From: Alphaproteobacteria bacterium
GTDB taxonomy: Bacteria; Pseudomonadota; Alphaproteobacteria; Caulobacterales; Aquidulcibacteraceae
DNA length: 64,000 nucleotides
Assembly (NCBI GenBank): GCA_031399165.1
Contig: JANNOO010000033.1
Location: 5,830 to 69,829, forward strand
Reading direction: 5' to 3'
Below the pieces are notes generated by a model. It had not been told where the DNA came from. It did no database searches and was given only the letters and a program-made list of their open reading frames with translations. Position 1 is the stretch's first letter; every line of letters starts with the position of its first letter. The translations under genes were made by a program, and so were the position numbers. Positions 1 to 8,402 of this stretch are shown here, in pieces.

Positions 1-402
1 TACCGCGCGACAGCTATCGTCTCCATTCTTTTGGGGCCTTCTGTTGCTGGCCTGAACTTCGTCAATCCAAACAATTATTTCCCGTGGGCCAGCGACGGCG
101 CAGCAAAGGCGACCGCGCGTCGCGAGGAAAATATCGACGCGCTAAATGATTTCCAGGCGGTCCCGGAAGCTCGCAACGCGCGCAAGAGGTCAGCTCAGGC
201 GAACTATTTTGCTTCAGCGACGAATGCGAGCGGTTTTTTGCTCGCGCTTGCCAAGGACCAAGGCGTCGCGCCGGTGCCGATCTTTCCATGCGAGGGAAGT
301 CCGAAGACAGAGGCTTTGAAAACCATCGCGATGATGCAGGGCATTGGCTTCACCACGGACAGCTGCATGATACGACGCTCGCGCTTTAGCGGCGGGCAAT
401 AA
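1..402 (+). CDS. hypothetical protein, C-terminal part (ORF runs off the left window edge)
   Basis: The frame of ORF 31..402 has no stop codon back to nt 1. I recognise no family motif. It is visibly less G+C-rich than neighbouring genes. Confidence 0.35.
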   Translation, partial: YRATAIVSILLGPSVAGLNFVNPNNYFPWASDGAAKATARREENIDALNDFQAVPEARNARKRSAQANYFASATNASGFLLALAKDQGVAPVPIFPCEGSPKTEALKTIAMMQGIGFTTDSCMIRRSRFSGGQ

Positions 403-586
403 TCGACGACGATGCGTTGCGCATGAAAGCGTTGATTTAAGTCAGCGCATAACACGACAACAACTCTTGTCTCGACGTCATGCGGTGCGTGATACAACGC
501 CCCCTATCCCTGCCCCTTGGCCAAGCTGCGAACGGAAAACGCCAAACATATCCGACCCACCTCGCGGCGCCGTTACACTCAGCGCC

Positions 587-1195
587 ATGACTCGTGAACC
601 CTTCTCCCTCCAGGATGCATGGCAAGGCGTCGGCGATCTTTACGCCGCGATCGTGGCGCTGTTCGGCGCGCCCTTCGCGCTGGCTGAGCGGCTCATGCTG
701 GTGCGCAAAAGCCGCCGCGAGATTCTCGAATGGCTGGGCCCGGTCGAAGCGCTGGCGCGGCGGCTGTTGCTGCTGAAAGCGCTGACCATGCCGAAGCCGA
801 ACGAGCCGCCGGCAAAAGTCTTGCCGGGCAAGCTCATCATCGCGTTCTCGGATCGGCCGATTGGCGACATCCATCCCGATTCCGCGCAATGGCGCGTGCG
901 CTTCAACGTCATGCCGTTCGGCGTGCTGCGCGGCAAACGGCGCGAAGACTCATGCGCAGACAGGCGCGGCGGCGACATCAATTTCAACGCCCTGCCGCTG
1001 GCGCGCCGCCTCGAAGCCCTGCGTCGCACGCTGGAAAATCCCGCGCCCGCCGTGGCGCGCCTCTGCCGCCTGCCCGCTGCCAAGCGCGAAGAGGTCGAAT
1101 CCGCCTTCCGCCCCTACCGCCCGCGCGCCACCTGCGCACGATCCGCGCTCGACGACGCCCAACGCGAGATCGGCCTCGCGCTCAATACATCATAA
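587..1195 (+). CDS. hypothetical protein (no recognisable domain)
   Basis: Lies in ORF 467..1195; the first ATG is at 587 (MTREPFSL...). Codon usage is GC3-rich like the rest of the window. No family motif recognised. Confidence 0.4.
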   Translation: MTREPFSLQDAWQGVGDLYAAIVALFGAPFALAERLMLVRKSRREILEWLGPVEALARRLLLLKALTMPKPNEPPAKVLPGKLIIAFSDRPIGDIHPDSAQWRVRFNVMPFGVLRGKRREDSCADRRGGDINFNALPLARRLEALRRTLENPAPAVARLCRLPAAKREEVESAFRPYRPRATCARSALDDAQREIGLALNTS

Positions 1196-1275
1196 CGCGC
1201 GCGAAAAGCTGATCGTCCGCACACGGAGCGAAAGCCCGTGAACGTGGAGCTGCGTGTGCAGAACAAAGCGCCCAG

Positions 1276-1425
1276 CTTCCCCTCGATGGGGAAGCTGTCG
1301 AGCGCAGCGAGACTGAAGGGGTGGAAACGCAACGATGCCGACGAGCCACTTGAGGCTAAACGCGAAACGCACGGCAACACCCCATCCCCCTCGCTTCGCT
1401 CGGGATTTTCCCCGTGGAGGGGAAG
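1276..1425. repeat. inverted pair of ~49-nt repeat units (1276-1324 and 1377-1425), each with a TTCCCC-N5-GGGGAA hairpin; REP/MITE-like intergenic element
   Basis: Hand alignment of 1276-1324 against the reverse complement of 1377-1425 gives 37 of 49 identical positions. CTTCCCCTCGATGGGGAAG and TTCCCCGTGGAGGGGAA are each self-complementary. Confidence 0.6.
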
Positions 1426-1441
1426 GAGGGTCCGCGAACGT

Positions 1442-2512
1442 TCAGGCTTGTCGTTTTACCTGCGCCGCCTCGATCATGTCCCAGGCCAGCGGCTCGCCAA
1501 AGGCAATCGCGCGCGCGGCGCAGGCGCCGAGCACAGCGTCGATGTGCTTGGGAGCGAGACCAAAACCTGGCCGGATGGAGCGAACGTTTTCGCTCGTAAA
1601 CATCTCCCCCGCCGCGATCGGCTTTACGGCGAAGAGCGAGCGGCGAAATTGCTTGTTTCCCAGCTCTTCCGGCGAGCGCGAGTAATCCACGCGCCCCAGC
1701 GCGGCATGCGCGTTGCGGCAATCGCTGACCAGCGCGCGCAATTCGGCAGGCTCCAGCGAGAACGCGGAATCCACACCGCCCTGCGCCCGGCTCATGCAGA
1801 AGTGCTTTTCGATGAACGCGGCGCCAAGCGCGGTAGCTGCAACAGAGGCGGCCGTGCCGGGTGTGTGATCGGAGAGCCCGGCAACGCAGCCGAACCGCGC
1901 CGCCAGATCAGCAATCGTCGCGAGGTTCGCCGTTTCATAACGCGCCGGATAGGTGGAAACGCAATGCAGCAGGATCACCCCGCCCGCACCCTGCGCCCGG
2001 GCGCAGGCGACGGCCTCGGCGATCTCCGCCTCGCTGGCCATGCCCGTGGACATGATCAGCGGCTTGCCCGTGCGCGCAGCGCGGGCGATCAGCGGCAGAT
2101 CAATCATTTCGAATGAGGCGATCTTGTAGGCGGGCGTATCAAGGCCTTCGAGCAGGTCGATCGCCGTCTCATCGAACGGACTGGAAAACACCGTGACGCC
2201 AAGTTCGCGGCCCCGCGCGAACAGCGGGCCATGCCATTCGTAGGGCGTGTGCGCCTCTTCATAAAGATCGTGCAGCGTGCGTCCGTCCCACAGCCCGCCC
2301 TGCACAACGAAGCCCGGCCCATCATGCGCGATGGTGATCGTATCGGCGGTGTAGGTCTGCAGCTTCACCGCATCGGCGCCGCAGGCGGCAGCCTCCTCCA
2401 GCAGCAGGAGCGCGCGATCGAGCGAGCCCTGATGATTGCCGGAGAGCTCGGCCACGATGTACGGCGGCTGGCCCGCCCCGATCTCGCGCCCGGCTATGAA
2501 AACGCTCTGCAT
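1442..2512 (-). CDS. pseI: pseudaminic acid synthase (NeuB/PseI family)
   Basis: 356 aa. The N-terminus IAGREIGAGQPPYIVAELSGNHQGSLDRAL...GADAVKLQTY is typical of NeuB/PseI synthases. It is clustered with pseB/pseG/pseH homologues. Confidence 0.85.
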   Translation of the reverse strand: MQSVFIAGREIGAGQPPYIVAELSGNHQGSLDRALLLLEEAAACGADAVKLQTYTADTITIAHDGPGFVVQGGLWDGRTLHDLYEEAHTPYEWHGPLFARGRELGVTVFSSPFDETAIDLLEGLDTPAYKIASFEMIDLPLIARAARTGKPLIMSTGMASEAEIAEAVACARAQGAGGVILLHCVSTYPARYETANLATIADLAARFGCVAGLSDHTPGTAASVAATALGAAFIEKHFCMSRAQGGVDSAFSLEPAELRALVSDCRNAHAALGRVDYSRSPEELGNKQFRRSLFAVKPIAAGEMFTSENVRSIRPGFGLAPKHIDAVLGACAARAIAFGEPLAWDMIEAAQVKRQA

Positions 2513-2614
2513 CGAATCACCTCGACGCAGTCTGCGCCCGAAATCCTGAACGCGTTGTTGAGCGCCATCGGCGTTAACGAGACATTGACGAGGCGCAGCG
2601 AATGCTCACGCCCC

Positions 2615-3397
2615 ATGAAAACCGCCGTCATCGTGCAAGCGCGCTATGGGTCGAGCCGCCTGCCCGGCAAGGCGCTGCTGCCGCTGGGCGCGGGCACGGT
2701 GCTGGCGCAAGTGCTGGCGCGCTGCGCGGCGATACCGGGCGTGGATGTTGTCGTCTGCGCTTCGCCTGACACCGCCGATTCAGACGCCGTGGCCGAGGAA
2801 GGCGCGCGCTGCGGCGCGCTGGTGGTGCGCGGCTCGGAAACGGACGTACTGGCCCGCTATGCCAAGGCGGCGCGCGCGGCGGGCGCAGATATCGTGATGC
2901 GCGTCACGTCAGACTGCCCGTTCATTGATCCGATCGTGTGCGGTAAGGTTTTGAGTCTGCTGCACGAACGCGGCGCCGGCTATGCGAGCTTGGATATGCC
3001 GGCGAGTTGGCCCCATGGGCTCGATTGCGAAGCGTTTCCGGCGCGCGCGCTATATGAAGCCGAACAGAACGCGCGCGAACCGCTTGAGCGGGAGCATGTG
3101 ACGCCCTGGATCCGCGCGCGCACAAAGCCAAAAGCCACGCTGACCGGCCCCGGTGCGCCGTTCACGGCCATGCGCTGGACGCTGGATTGGCCAGAAGATT
3201 ACCAATTCCTTTCCGCCGCCGCCGCAGCGCTCGGTGAACGCGCGCGCACGGCATCGGCCGCTGAAATCGCCTCGCTCTGCCTGCGGCGGCCCGACATTTT
3301 CGCGATCAACGCAGCCCGCTGCGATCAGAACCGGCTGGCTTCCCCGCTGCGCGCGGAAATCGCCACGGCGCCGATTGGCTTTCCGCTCGCCGCATGA
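2615..3397 (+). CDS. cytidylyltransferase (SpsF/COG1861-like), probable CMP-pseudaminic acid synthetase
   Basis: ATG at 2615 (MKTAVIVQARYGSSRLPGKALLPLG) inside ORF 2231..3397. It has the nucleotidyltransferase N-terminal signature and a 4-nt ATGA overlap with the next gene. Confidence 0.7.
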   Translation: MKTAVIVQARYGSSRLPGKALLPLGAGTVLAQVLARCAAIPGVDVVVCASPDTADSDAVAEEGARCGALVVRGSETDVLARYAKAARAAGADIVMRVTSDCPFIDPIVCGKVLSLLHERGAGYASLDMPASWPHGLDCEAFPARALYEAEQNAREPLEREHVTPWIRARTKPKATLTGPGAPFTAMRWTLDWPEDYQFLSAAAAALGERARTASAAEIASLCLRRPDIFAINAARCDQNRLASPLRAEIATAPIGFPLAA

Positions 3398-3975
3398 CCG
3401 TCCGCCTCCGCCCCCTCGCCGCTGCCGATTACGACGCCGTTCGCGAATGGCGCAACCGGCCGCATGTCGCGGCGATGATGTACACGGATCATGAGATCAG
3501 CGCCGGCGAGCACGCCCAATGGTTCGCCGGCGCGCTGATCGACCCGACGAAACGCTACTTCATTATCGAAACGCTGGAAGAGCACGGCAGGGCCGGCGCG
3601 GGTTTGGCGGGCTTCACGCAGATCGACGGCGAAAGCGGCGCGTCGTGGGCGTTCTATCTCGCTGATGCCGAAACGCGCGGCCGCGGGCTGGGGGCCAGAA
3701 CCGAGTTCCTGATGCTCTGCAAGGCGTTTGACGAGTTGGGGCTGGCCGTTCTGCGCTGCGAGGTGTTGGCTTTCAATACACGCGTTGTGGCGCTGCACGA
3801 ATCCTTCGGCTTCCGCCAAACTGGCGTGCTGGCCGCTCACATCATGAAAAACGGCGCGCCGCAGGATGTGGTCACAATGGAAATGCGGCGTGAGGACTGG
3901 GCGTTCGCGCGGGGCATGGCCGCCCATCGCCTCGGGATGCGCCCCGGCGCAGCGCAGGCGGCAAAGTCTGCCTAG
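3394..3975 (+). CDS. pseH: GNAT N-acetyltransferase, PseH-like
   Basis: 193 aa. MTVRLRPLAAADYDAVREWRNRPHVAAMMYTDHEIS..EHAQWF resembles the PseH/FlmH-type N-terminus. It is translationally coupled to the cytidylyltransferase. Confidence 0.7.
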   Translation: MTVRLRPLAAADYDAVREWRNRPHVAAMMYTDHEISAGEHAQWFAGALIDPTKRYFIIETLEEHGRAGAGLAGFTQIDGESGASWAFYLADAETRGRGLGARTEFLMLCKAFDELGLAVLRCEVLAFNTRVVALHESFGFRQTGVLAAHIMKNGAPQDVVTMEMRREDWAFARGMAAHRLGMRPGAAQAAKSA

Positions 3976-4055
3976 CGCCCGGCAAGATCGTTAGCGCGCT
4001 GCCGCCGTCGAAAAAAACTACGCAACAAAAACAAAGCCATATATCGTAAACGCGT

Positions 4056-4070
4056 TGGCGCGAAGTTTGC
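4056..4070 (+). promoter_or_regulatory. sigma54 (-24/-12) promoter candidate for flagellin 1
   Basis: TGGCGC-GAAGT-TTGC matches TGGCAC-N5-TTGC with correct GG/GC spacing. It lies 70 nt upstream of the ATG at 4141. Confidence 0.6.
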
Positions 4071-4140
4071 GATGCACCCATTCGACAAAATGTCCCCGGC
4101 TCTCGGGGCCGGGATCCGTATCTCAGAATGGGAGTCTCAG

Positions 4141-4974
4141 ATGTCGCAAGTTAGCGTGAACACAAACTACGGGGCGCTCTTGGCCCTGCAGAATCTCAAC
4201 AAGACAAATTCGGAACTGTCCGACGTTCAGAACCGCATCAATTCCGGCCTCAAGGTCGCAACGGCAAAGGACAATGGCGCAACGTTCGCCATCGCCCAGG
4301 CCATGCGCGGCAAGGTGGCCGGCTACGGTGTGGCCAAGGACACGCTCGACAAGGCGATCAGCACTGTCGACGTGACCCTGGCGGCGGGCAATACGCTCTC
4401 CGATTTGCTCAATGAGATGAAACAAAAAGCTACAGCGGCGCGTGACCCCTCCCTTACGACAGCTCAACGTGCGGCGTACAACGCGGACTTTGTCCAGTTG
4501 CGCGCGGCGATTACGCGGACCGTTGACAACGCAGAGTTCAACGGCGCCAACATGATCAAGGCGGGTGGCGCGAACGTCGTAGCGTTCGCTAACGATACAG
4601 GGTCTTCGCTCATCACGATCACGGCCGTTTCGTTCGCTTTGAGCGGCGCGACTGTCAGCGTGAGAACGACAGATGCGATCGATACGTTCACCAACGCAGG
4701 TCTTGCGTTGTCGCGCGTTAACGCCTCGATCACGGCCCTGAACAAGCAACTCGCCACTTTGGGCTCAGGCTCGCGCGCGCTCGAAAAGCACCGGAACTTC
4801 CTGGCGCAACTTTCGGATTCGCTCGAAGCCGGGATCGGAAACCTGGTGGATGCGGACATGGCAAAAGAAAGCGCCAAGCTCCAATCGCTGCAGGTCAAGC
4901 AGGAATTGGGCGCCCAAGCGCTCTCGATAGCCAACCAAAGCCCGCAAATCCTGTTGAAGTTCTTCCAGAGCTAG
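4141..4974 (+). CDS. flagellin (alphaproteobacterial short flagellin)
   Basis: MSQVSVNTNYGALLALQNLNKTNSEL..QNRINSGLKV..AKDNGATFAIAQ at the N-terminus and LQVKQELGAQALSIANQ at the C-terminus. GGGAG lies 7 nt upstream of the ATG at 4141. The longer ORF from 4072 adds non-flagellin residues. Confidence 0.95.
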   Translation: MSQVSVNTNYGALLALQNLNKTNSELSDVQNRINSGLKVATAKDNGATFAIAQAMRGKVAGYGVAKDTLDKAISTVDVTLAAGNTLSDLLNEMKQKATAARDPSLTTAQRAAYNADFVQLRAAITRTVDNAEFNGANMIKAGGANVVAFANDTGSSLITITAVSFALSGATVSVRTTDAIDTFTNAGLALSRVNASITALNKQLATLGSGSRALEKHRNFLAQLSDSLEAGIGNLVDADMAKESAKLQSLQVKQELGAQALSIANQSPQILLKFFQS

Positions 4975-4979
4975 GCGCA

Positions 4980-5013
4980 GCGGGGCCGGTTCGCCGGCCC
5001 CGCTTGTTCTTTT
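4980..5013 (+). terminator. intrinsic terminator after flagellin 1
   Basis: GCGGGGCCGG-TTCG-CCGGCCCCGC forms a 10-bp stem and is followed by TTGTTCTTTT. Confidence 0.75.
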
Positions 5014-5239
5014 CCACCCAGCTTTCCATTCGGCATAGGTTTGCTCGCCGGTCGCGGTGAAAGCAGACCGCACATGAGCGATGTTTCGTTCATACGCGCC
5101 ACACCGCCGCACCGCGCCACCGCACAGCGACGGCCTGCGATCGCGCAGGTGATCGGGCGCTATCCGGCCGAGCCGTTCGTAACCTCCGGCGGCGGTGGCG
5201 GCGGCGCAATCATTTGATCATTGATCGCCGCGAATCACG

Positions 5240-5296
5240 CGGCAGATTTTGCCGGGCGCCCGGCACAATTTGCCCGCTACCCGGCAAATAATTCCT
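5240..5296 (+). promoter_or_regulatory. three phased CGGCA-N5-TGCC-type sites (candidate enhancer-binding-protein/FlbD-like sites)
   Basis: CGGCAGATTTTGCCG (5240), CGGCACAATTTGCCC (5261) and CGGCAAATAATTCCT (5282). The site starts are exactly 21 bp apart, 66-122 nt upstream of the -24 element at 5362. Confidence 0.45.
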
Positions 5297-5361
5297 GGCG
5301 CGCGCGCGCCTTGCCGCGAAAATACACAACGAAAACAGCAAAGCCTCCCGCGTTAAGCACT

Positions 5362-5376
5362 TGGCGCGGCGATTGC
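5362..5376 (+). promoter_or_regulatory. sigma54 (-24/-12) promoter candidate for flagellin 2
   Basis: TGGCGC-GGCGA-TTGC(A) with correct spacing, 73 nt upstream of the ATG at 5450. The flanking sequence resembles the flagellin-1 promoter region (..AAAGCC....TTGGCGCG...TTGC..GCACCC). Confidence 0.6.
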
Positions 5377-5449
5377 ACCCCGCCCGTCAGGCTCGAAGGG
5401 CCCGCTGCGCATAACGCGCCGCTGCGAAACCAGAAGGGACACTACGCTC

Positions 5450-6277
5450 ATGGCTATTAGCGTGAACACGAACTATGGCGCGATGGTCGCGCTGCAAAAC
5501 CTCAACCGCACCAACACCGAACTCGAAGGCGTTCAGAACCGGATCAATTCCGGCTTGAAGGTCGCTTCGGCGAAAGACAACGGCGCCACCTTCGCCATCG
5601 CCCAGTCGATGCGCGGCAAGGTCGCTGGCTACGGCGTGGCGATGAACACGGTCGATAAAGCGATGTCGACGGTGGACGCGGCGATCGCCGGCGGCAACGC
5701 GATCTCTGACCTCCTCACCTCGCTGAAGGAAAAAGCCACATCAGCCAAAGACAGCTCGCTGACGACTGCACAGCGCGCCGCCTACAACGCGGACTTCACC
5801 CGTCTGCGTGACGAAATCGGCTACATCGTGAGCAATTCCGAATTCAACGGCGCCAACCTGATCAAGGCAAGCGGCAACAACGCCATTGCATTCGCTAACG
5901 ACACGGGCTCTTCGCTGATCACCGTGACGGCCGTTTCGTTCGCGCTCTCGGGCACGACGAACACGATCACGACGACTTCGTCGATCGATACGGTCACGAA
6001 CGCGACCGCTGCGCTGACGCGCATCAACGCGTCGATCACCAACATCAACAAGCAGCTGGCCGTGTACGGTTCGGCCTCCAAGGCGCTGCAGAAGCACAAG
6101 GACTTCCTTGGCTCGCTGTCTGACACGCTGGAAGCCGGTATCGGCAACCTGGTTGACGCCGACCTCGCGAAAGACAGCGCCAAGCTGAGCAGCCTGCAAG
6201 TCAAGCAGGAGCTCGGCGCGCAGGCGCTTTCGATCGCCAACAACTCGGCGAGCGTACTGCTCAAATTCTTCCAATAA
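5450..6277 (+). CDS. flagellin (paralogue of 4141..4974)
   Basis: MAISVNTNYGAMVALQNLNRTNTEL..QNRINSGLKV..AKDNGATFAIAQ and a C-terminal LQVKQELGAQALSIANN. The termini are collinear with flagellin 1. Confidence 0.95.
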   Translation: MAISVNTNYGAMVALQNLNRTNTELEGVQNRINSGLKVASAKDNGATFAIAQSMRGKVAGYGVAMNTVDKAMSTVDAAIAGGNAISDLLTSLKEKATSAKDSSLTTAQRAAYNADFTRLRDEIGYIVSNSEFNGANLIKASGNNAIAFANDTGSSLITVTAVSFALSGTTNTITTTSSIDTVTNATAALTRINASITNINKQLAVYGSASKALQKHKDFLGSLSDTLEAGIGNLVDADLAKDSAKLSSLQVKQELGAQALSIANNSASVLLKFFQ

Positions 6278-6319
6278 GAAACCAAACCCCCTTCATTCAC
6301 AGATCGGGGACTAACGCAG

Positions 6320-6350
6320 CGGGCGGCCGAAAGGCCGCCCGTTTTGTTTT
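6320..6350 (+). terminator. intrinsic terminator after flagellin 2 (also faces the convergent helicase gene)
   Basis: CGGGCGGCC-GAAA-GGCCGCCCG stem-loop followed by TTTTGTTTT. Confidence 0.75.
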
Positions 6351-6362
6351 GCTAGCATTTAT

Positions 6363-8231
6363 CTAGCGCTTACCGGCCGGATGCCGTTTGTTTTTCTTGG
6401 GCTTGCCCGGGCCTGCGTGGTTTGCATCCTTGTGTTTGCGATCGCTTCTAGCGGCGGGCTTCGCGGATGGCGCACGGTGCGGCGGCTTATTCTCGCGTGG
6501 CTTGGGGCGACCGGCGTAGTCGGCGCTGTTTGTGTGCTTTGGCCGCCGCTCCTGCTGGGCGCCCGGCGCTCCATTAATGCGCGTGACGTGGATTGATTTC
6601 TCGATGTGGCCGCCCTTGCCGATCCGCGCGAGGAATTCGTCCACGATGGCGGCGTCGATTTCGACGTAGGTTTCGTTCTGATCGATGCGGATTGAGCCGA
6701 GCTGGCGCTTGGTTATGCCGCCGGCTTTGCACAGCATAGGGATCAGCCATTTCGGCTCGGCGTTGCGGCCGCGCCCCACTGATAGCGAAACCCATGCGCC
6801 GGGCGTGAAGTTATCCGGCGCGTCGATCGGCGGGCCGCGCTCTGTGCGTTCGGTGCGTTCGGCGCGGGGCGCACGCTCTTGCCCCCGCTCGGGCCGGTCC
6901 TGCGATGGCGACCATGTTTGCGTGGGCGCGAGATCTTCGGGCGCGGCTTGCCCCTTGCGATAAAGCCGCACGAAGGCGGCGGCGATGTTCGCCGCATCAT
7001 GCTGCGCGAGCAGCGCGCGAACGACACTTTGCTCAGCGGCTGCCGGTTGGGTTTCCAACAGCGGATCGGCGAGCAGGCGCTCATCATCGCGGCGGCGGAT
7101 ATCGTCGGCTGAAGGCGGTTCGCCCCAACTGGCTTCGATGCCGGAATCGCGCAGCAGCCGCTCGGTGCGGCGGCGCGCGGAAAACGGCACGATCAACACA
7201 CTCGCGCCCTTGCGCCCCGCGCGGCCGGTGCGGCCGCTGCGGTGCAAAAGCGCTTCGCGGTTCTTGGGCAGATCGGCGTGAATGACCAGTTCGAGATCGG
7301 GCAGATCAATGCCGCGCGCGGCTACGTCCGTGGCGACGCACACTTGCGCCCGGTGATCGCGCAGCGCCTGCAGCGCATGCGTGCGCGCATTTTGGCTGAG
7401 TTCGCCCGAAAGCGCGACGACGGACATACCGCGATTGGAAAACCGGCTTTCCAGCCGCGTCACGGCCGCGCGTGTGCCGCAGAACACAAGCGCATTCGTA
7501 GGATTGTAGAAGCGCAGCACGTTGAAGATCGCGTTCTCGGATTCGTGCCCCGCCGCGACGAGCGCGCGATATTCGATATCGGCGTGCTGCTTCTGAGCGC
7601 TCACCGTGTTAACGCGGATAGCGCCGCGTTGATAGGTATTGGCCAGCGCTTCGATGGCGCGCGGCATGGTCGCGGAGAACATCAGGGTGCGGCGTTCGGC
7701 GGGCGATGCTTCGAGGATGAATTCAAGTTCCTCGCGGAAGCCGAGATTGAGCATCTCGTCCGCCTCGTCCAGCACGACGGCTTTCAGGCTCTTCATGTCG
7801 AGCGAGGCGCGCCGGATGTGATCGACCAGACGCCCCGGCGTGCCGACGACGATGTGCGCGCCCTGCCCCAAGGCGCGCCGCTCATCACGCATGTCCATGC
7901 CGCCGACACAGGACGCAATGCGCCCGCCAATAGGCGCAAAAAGCCATTCAAGCTCGCCGCGCACCTGCATGGCGAGTTCGCGCGTCGGCGCGATAATCAG
8001 CGCCAGGGGCGCGCCGGCGGGACCAAGCCTGCTTTTGCCGTCAAGCAAGGTGTTCGCCACGGTCAGCCCGAAAGCGACGGTTTTGCCAGAGCCGGTTTGC
8101 GCCGAAACGACCAGGTCCGCGTTCTGGACGTCCGGCGCCAGAACCGCGCCCTGCACGGCGGTCAGCCCATCAAACCCACGCGCGGAGAGCGCGCCCGCAA
8201 GCGCACGACCTACATTTTCAAAAACGGACAT
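6363..8231 (-). CDS. DEAD-box ATP-dependent RNA helicase with DbpA-type C-terminal RNA-binding domain and basic tail
   Basis: Motifs AQTGSGKT, PTRELA, VLDEAD, SAT and HRSGRTGRAG. Start set at MSVFENV (8231) rather than the upstream ATG at 8291. Confidence 0.9.
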   Translation of the reverse strand: MSVFENVGRALAGALSARGFDGLTAVQGAVLAPDVQNADLVVSAQTGSGKTVAFGLTVANTLLDGKSRLGPAGAPLALIIAPTRELAMQVRGELEWLFAPIGGRIASCVGGMDMRDERRALGQGAHIVVGTPGRLVDHIRRASLDMKSLKAVVLDEADEMLNLGFREELEFILEASPAERRTLMFSATMPRAIEALANTYQRGAIRVNTVSAQKQHADIEYRALVAAGHESENAIFNVLRFYNPTNALVFCGTRAAVTRLESRFSNRGMSVVALSGELSQNARTHALQALRDHRAQVCVATDVAARGIDLPDLELVIHADLPKNREALLHRSGRTGRAGRKGASVLIVPFSARRRTERLLRDSGIEASWGEPPSADDIRRRDDERLLADPLLETQPAAAEQSVVRALLAQHDAANIAAAFVRLYRKGQAAPEDLAPTQTWSPSQDRPERGQERAPRAERTERTERGPPIDAPDNFTPGAWVSLSVGRGRNAEPKWLIPMLCKAGGITKRQLGSIRIDQNETYVEIDAAIVDEFLARIGKGGHIEKSIHVTRINGAPGAQQERRPKHTNSADYAGRPKPRENKPPHRAPSAKPAARSDRKHKDANHAGPGKPKKNKRHPAGKR

Positions 8232-8386
8232 TGCGTGGTCTTTCGGGCCAGATGCGCTTTCACCAGGCCGGATCGGTCGCGGCAAATGCATAGGCCATCG
8301 CGCCGCAAAATACGAGACGCGTCACCTTCATTTCGCCTGAGGCGATTTTGTTCCCTCACGCGCCGTCCCAATAACGTGATCGCTCC

Positions 8387-8402
8387 CAAACAGATCTGTT
8401 TG
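8387..8402. promoter_or_regulatory. 16-bp perfect palindrome CAAACAGATCTGTTTG (candidate operator)
   Basis: The sequence is exactly self-complementary. It lies 56 nt upstream of the OMP start (8458), in the helicase/OMP divergent intergenic region. Confidence 0.35.

Noticed and set aside
2574-2588. A CtrA-like box TTAACGAGACATTGA in the divergent pseI/cytidylyltransferase intergenic region.
   Set aside because: It has one mismatch to TTAA-N7-TTAA and is a single occurrence. I cannot distinguish it from chance without genome-wide statistics.
4072-4140. A 23-codon N-terminal extension of flagellin 1 (ORF track start at 4072).
   Set aside because: The conserved flagellin N-terminus begins at MSQVSVNTNYG (4141), which has its own GGGAG ribosome-binding site. 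The extension would also place the start codon only 2 nt downstream of the predicted sigma54 promoter element (4056-4070), inside what should be the 5' leader.
5261-5275. CGGCACAATTTGCC initially looked like a sigma54 -24/-12 element.
   Set aside because: The GG to GC spacing is two bases too short (GGCAC-N3-TTGC instead of N5). It fits better as the middle member of the 21-bp-phased CGGCA-N5-TGCC array.
5074-5460. Small ORFs between the flagellin genes: a 47-codon ATG ORF at 5074..5217 and the 79-aa ORF 5221..5460.
   Set aside because: Neither has a convincing ribosome-binding site, and the peptides are low in complexity (a poly-Gly tail, Ala/Arg/Pro-rich). The second one covers the predicted enhancer sites, the sigma54 promoter and the leader of flagellin 2.
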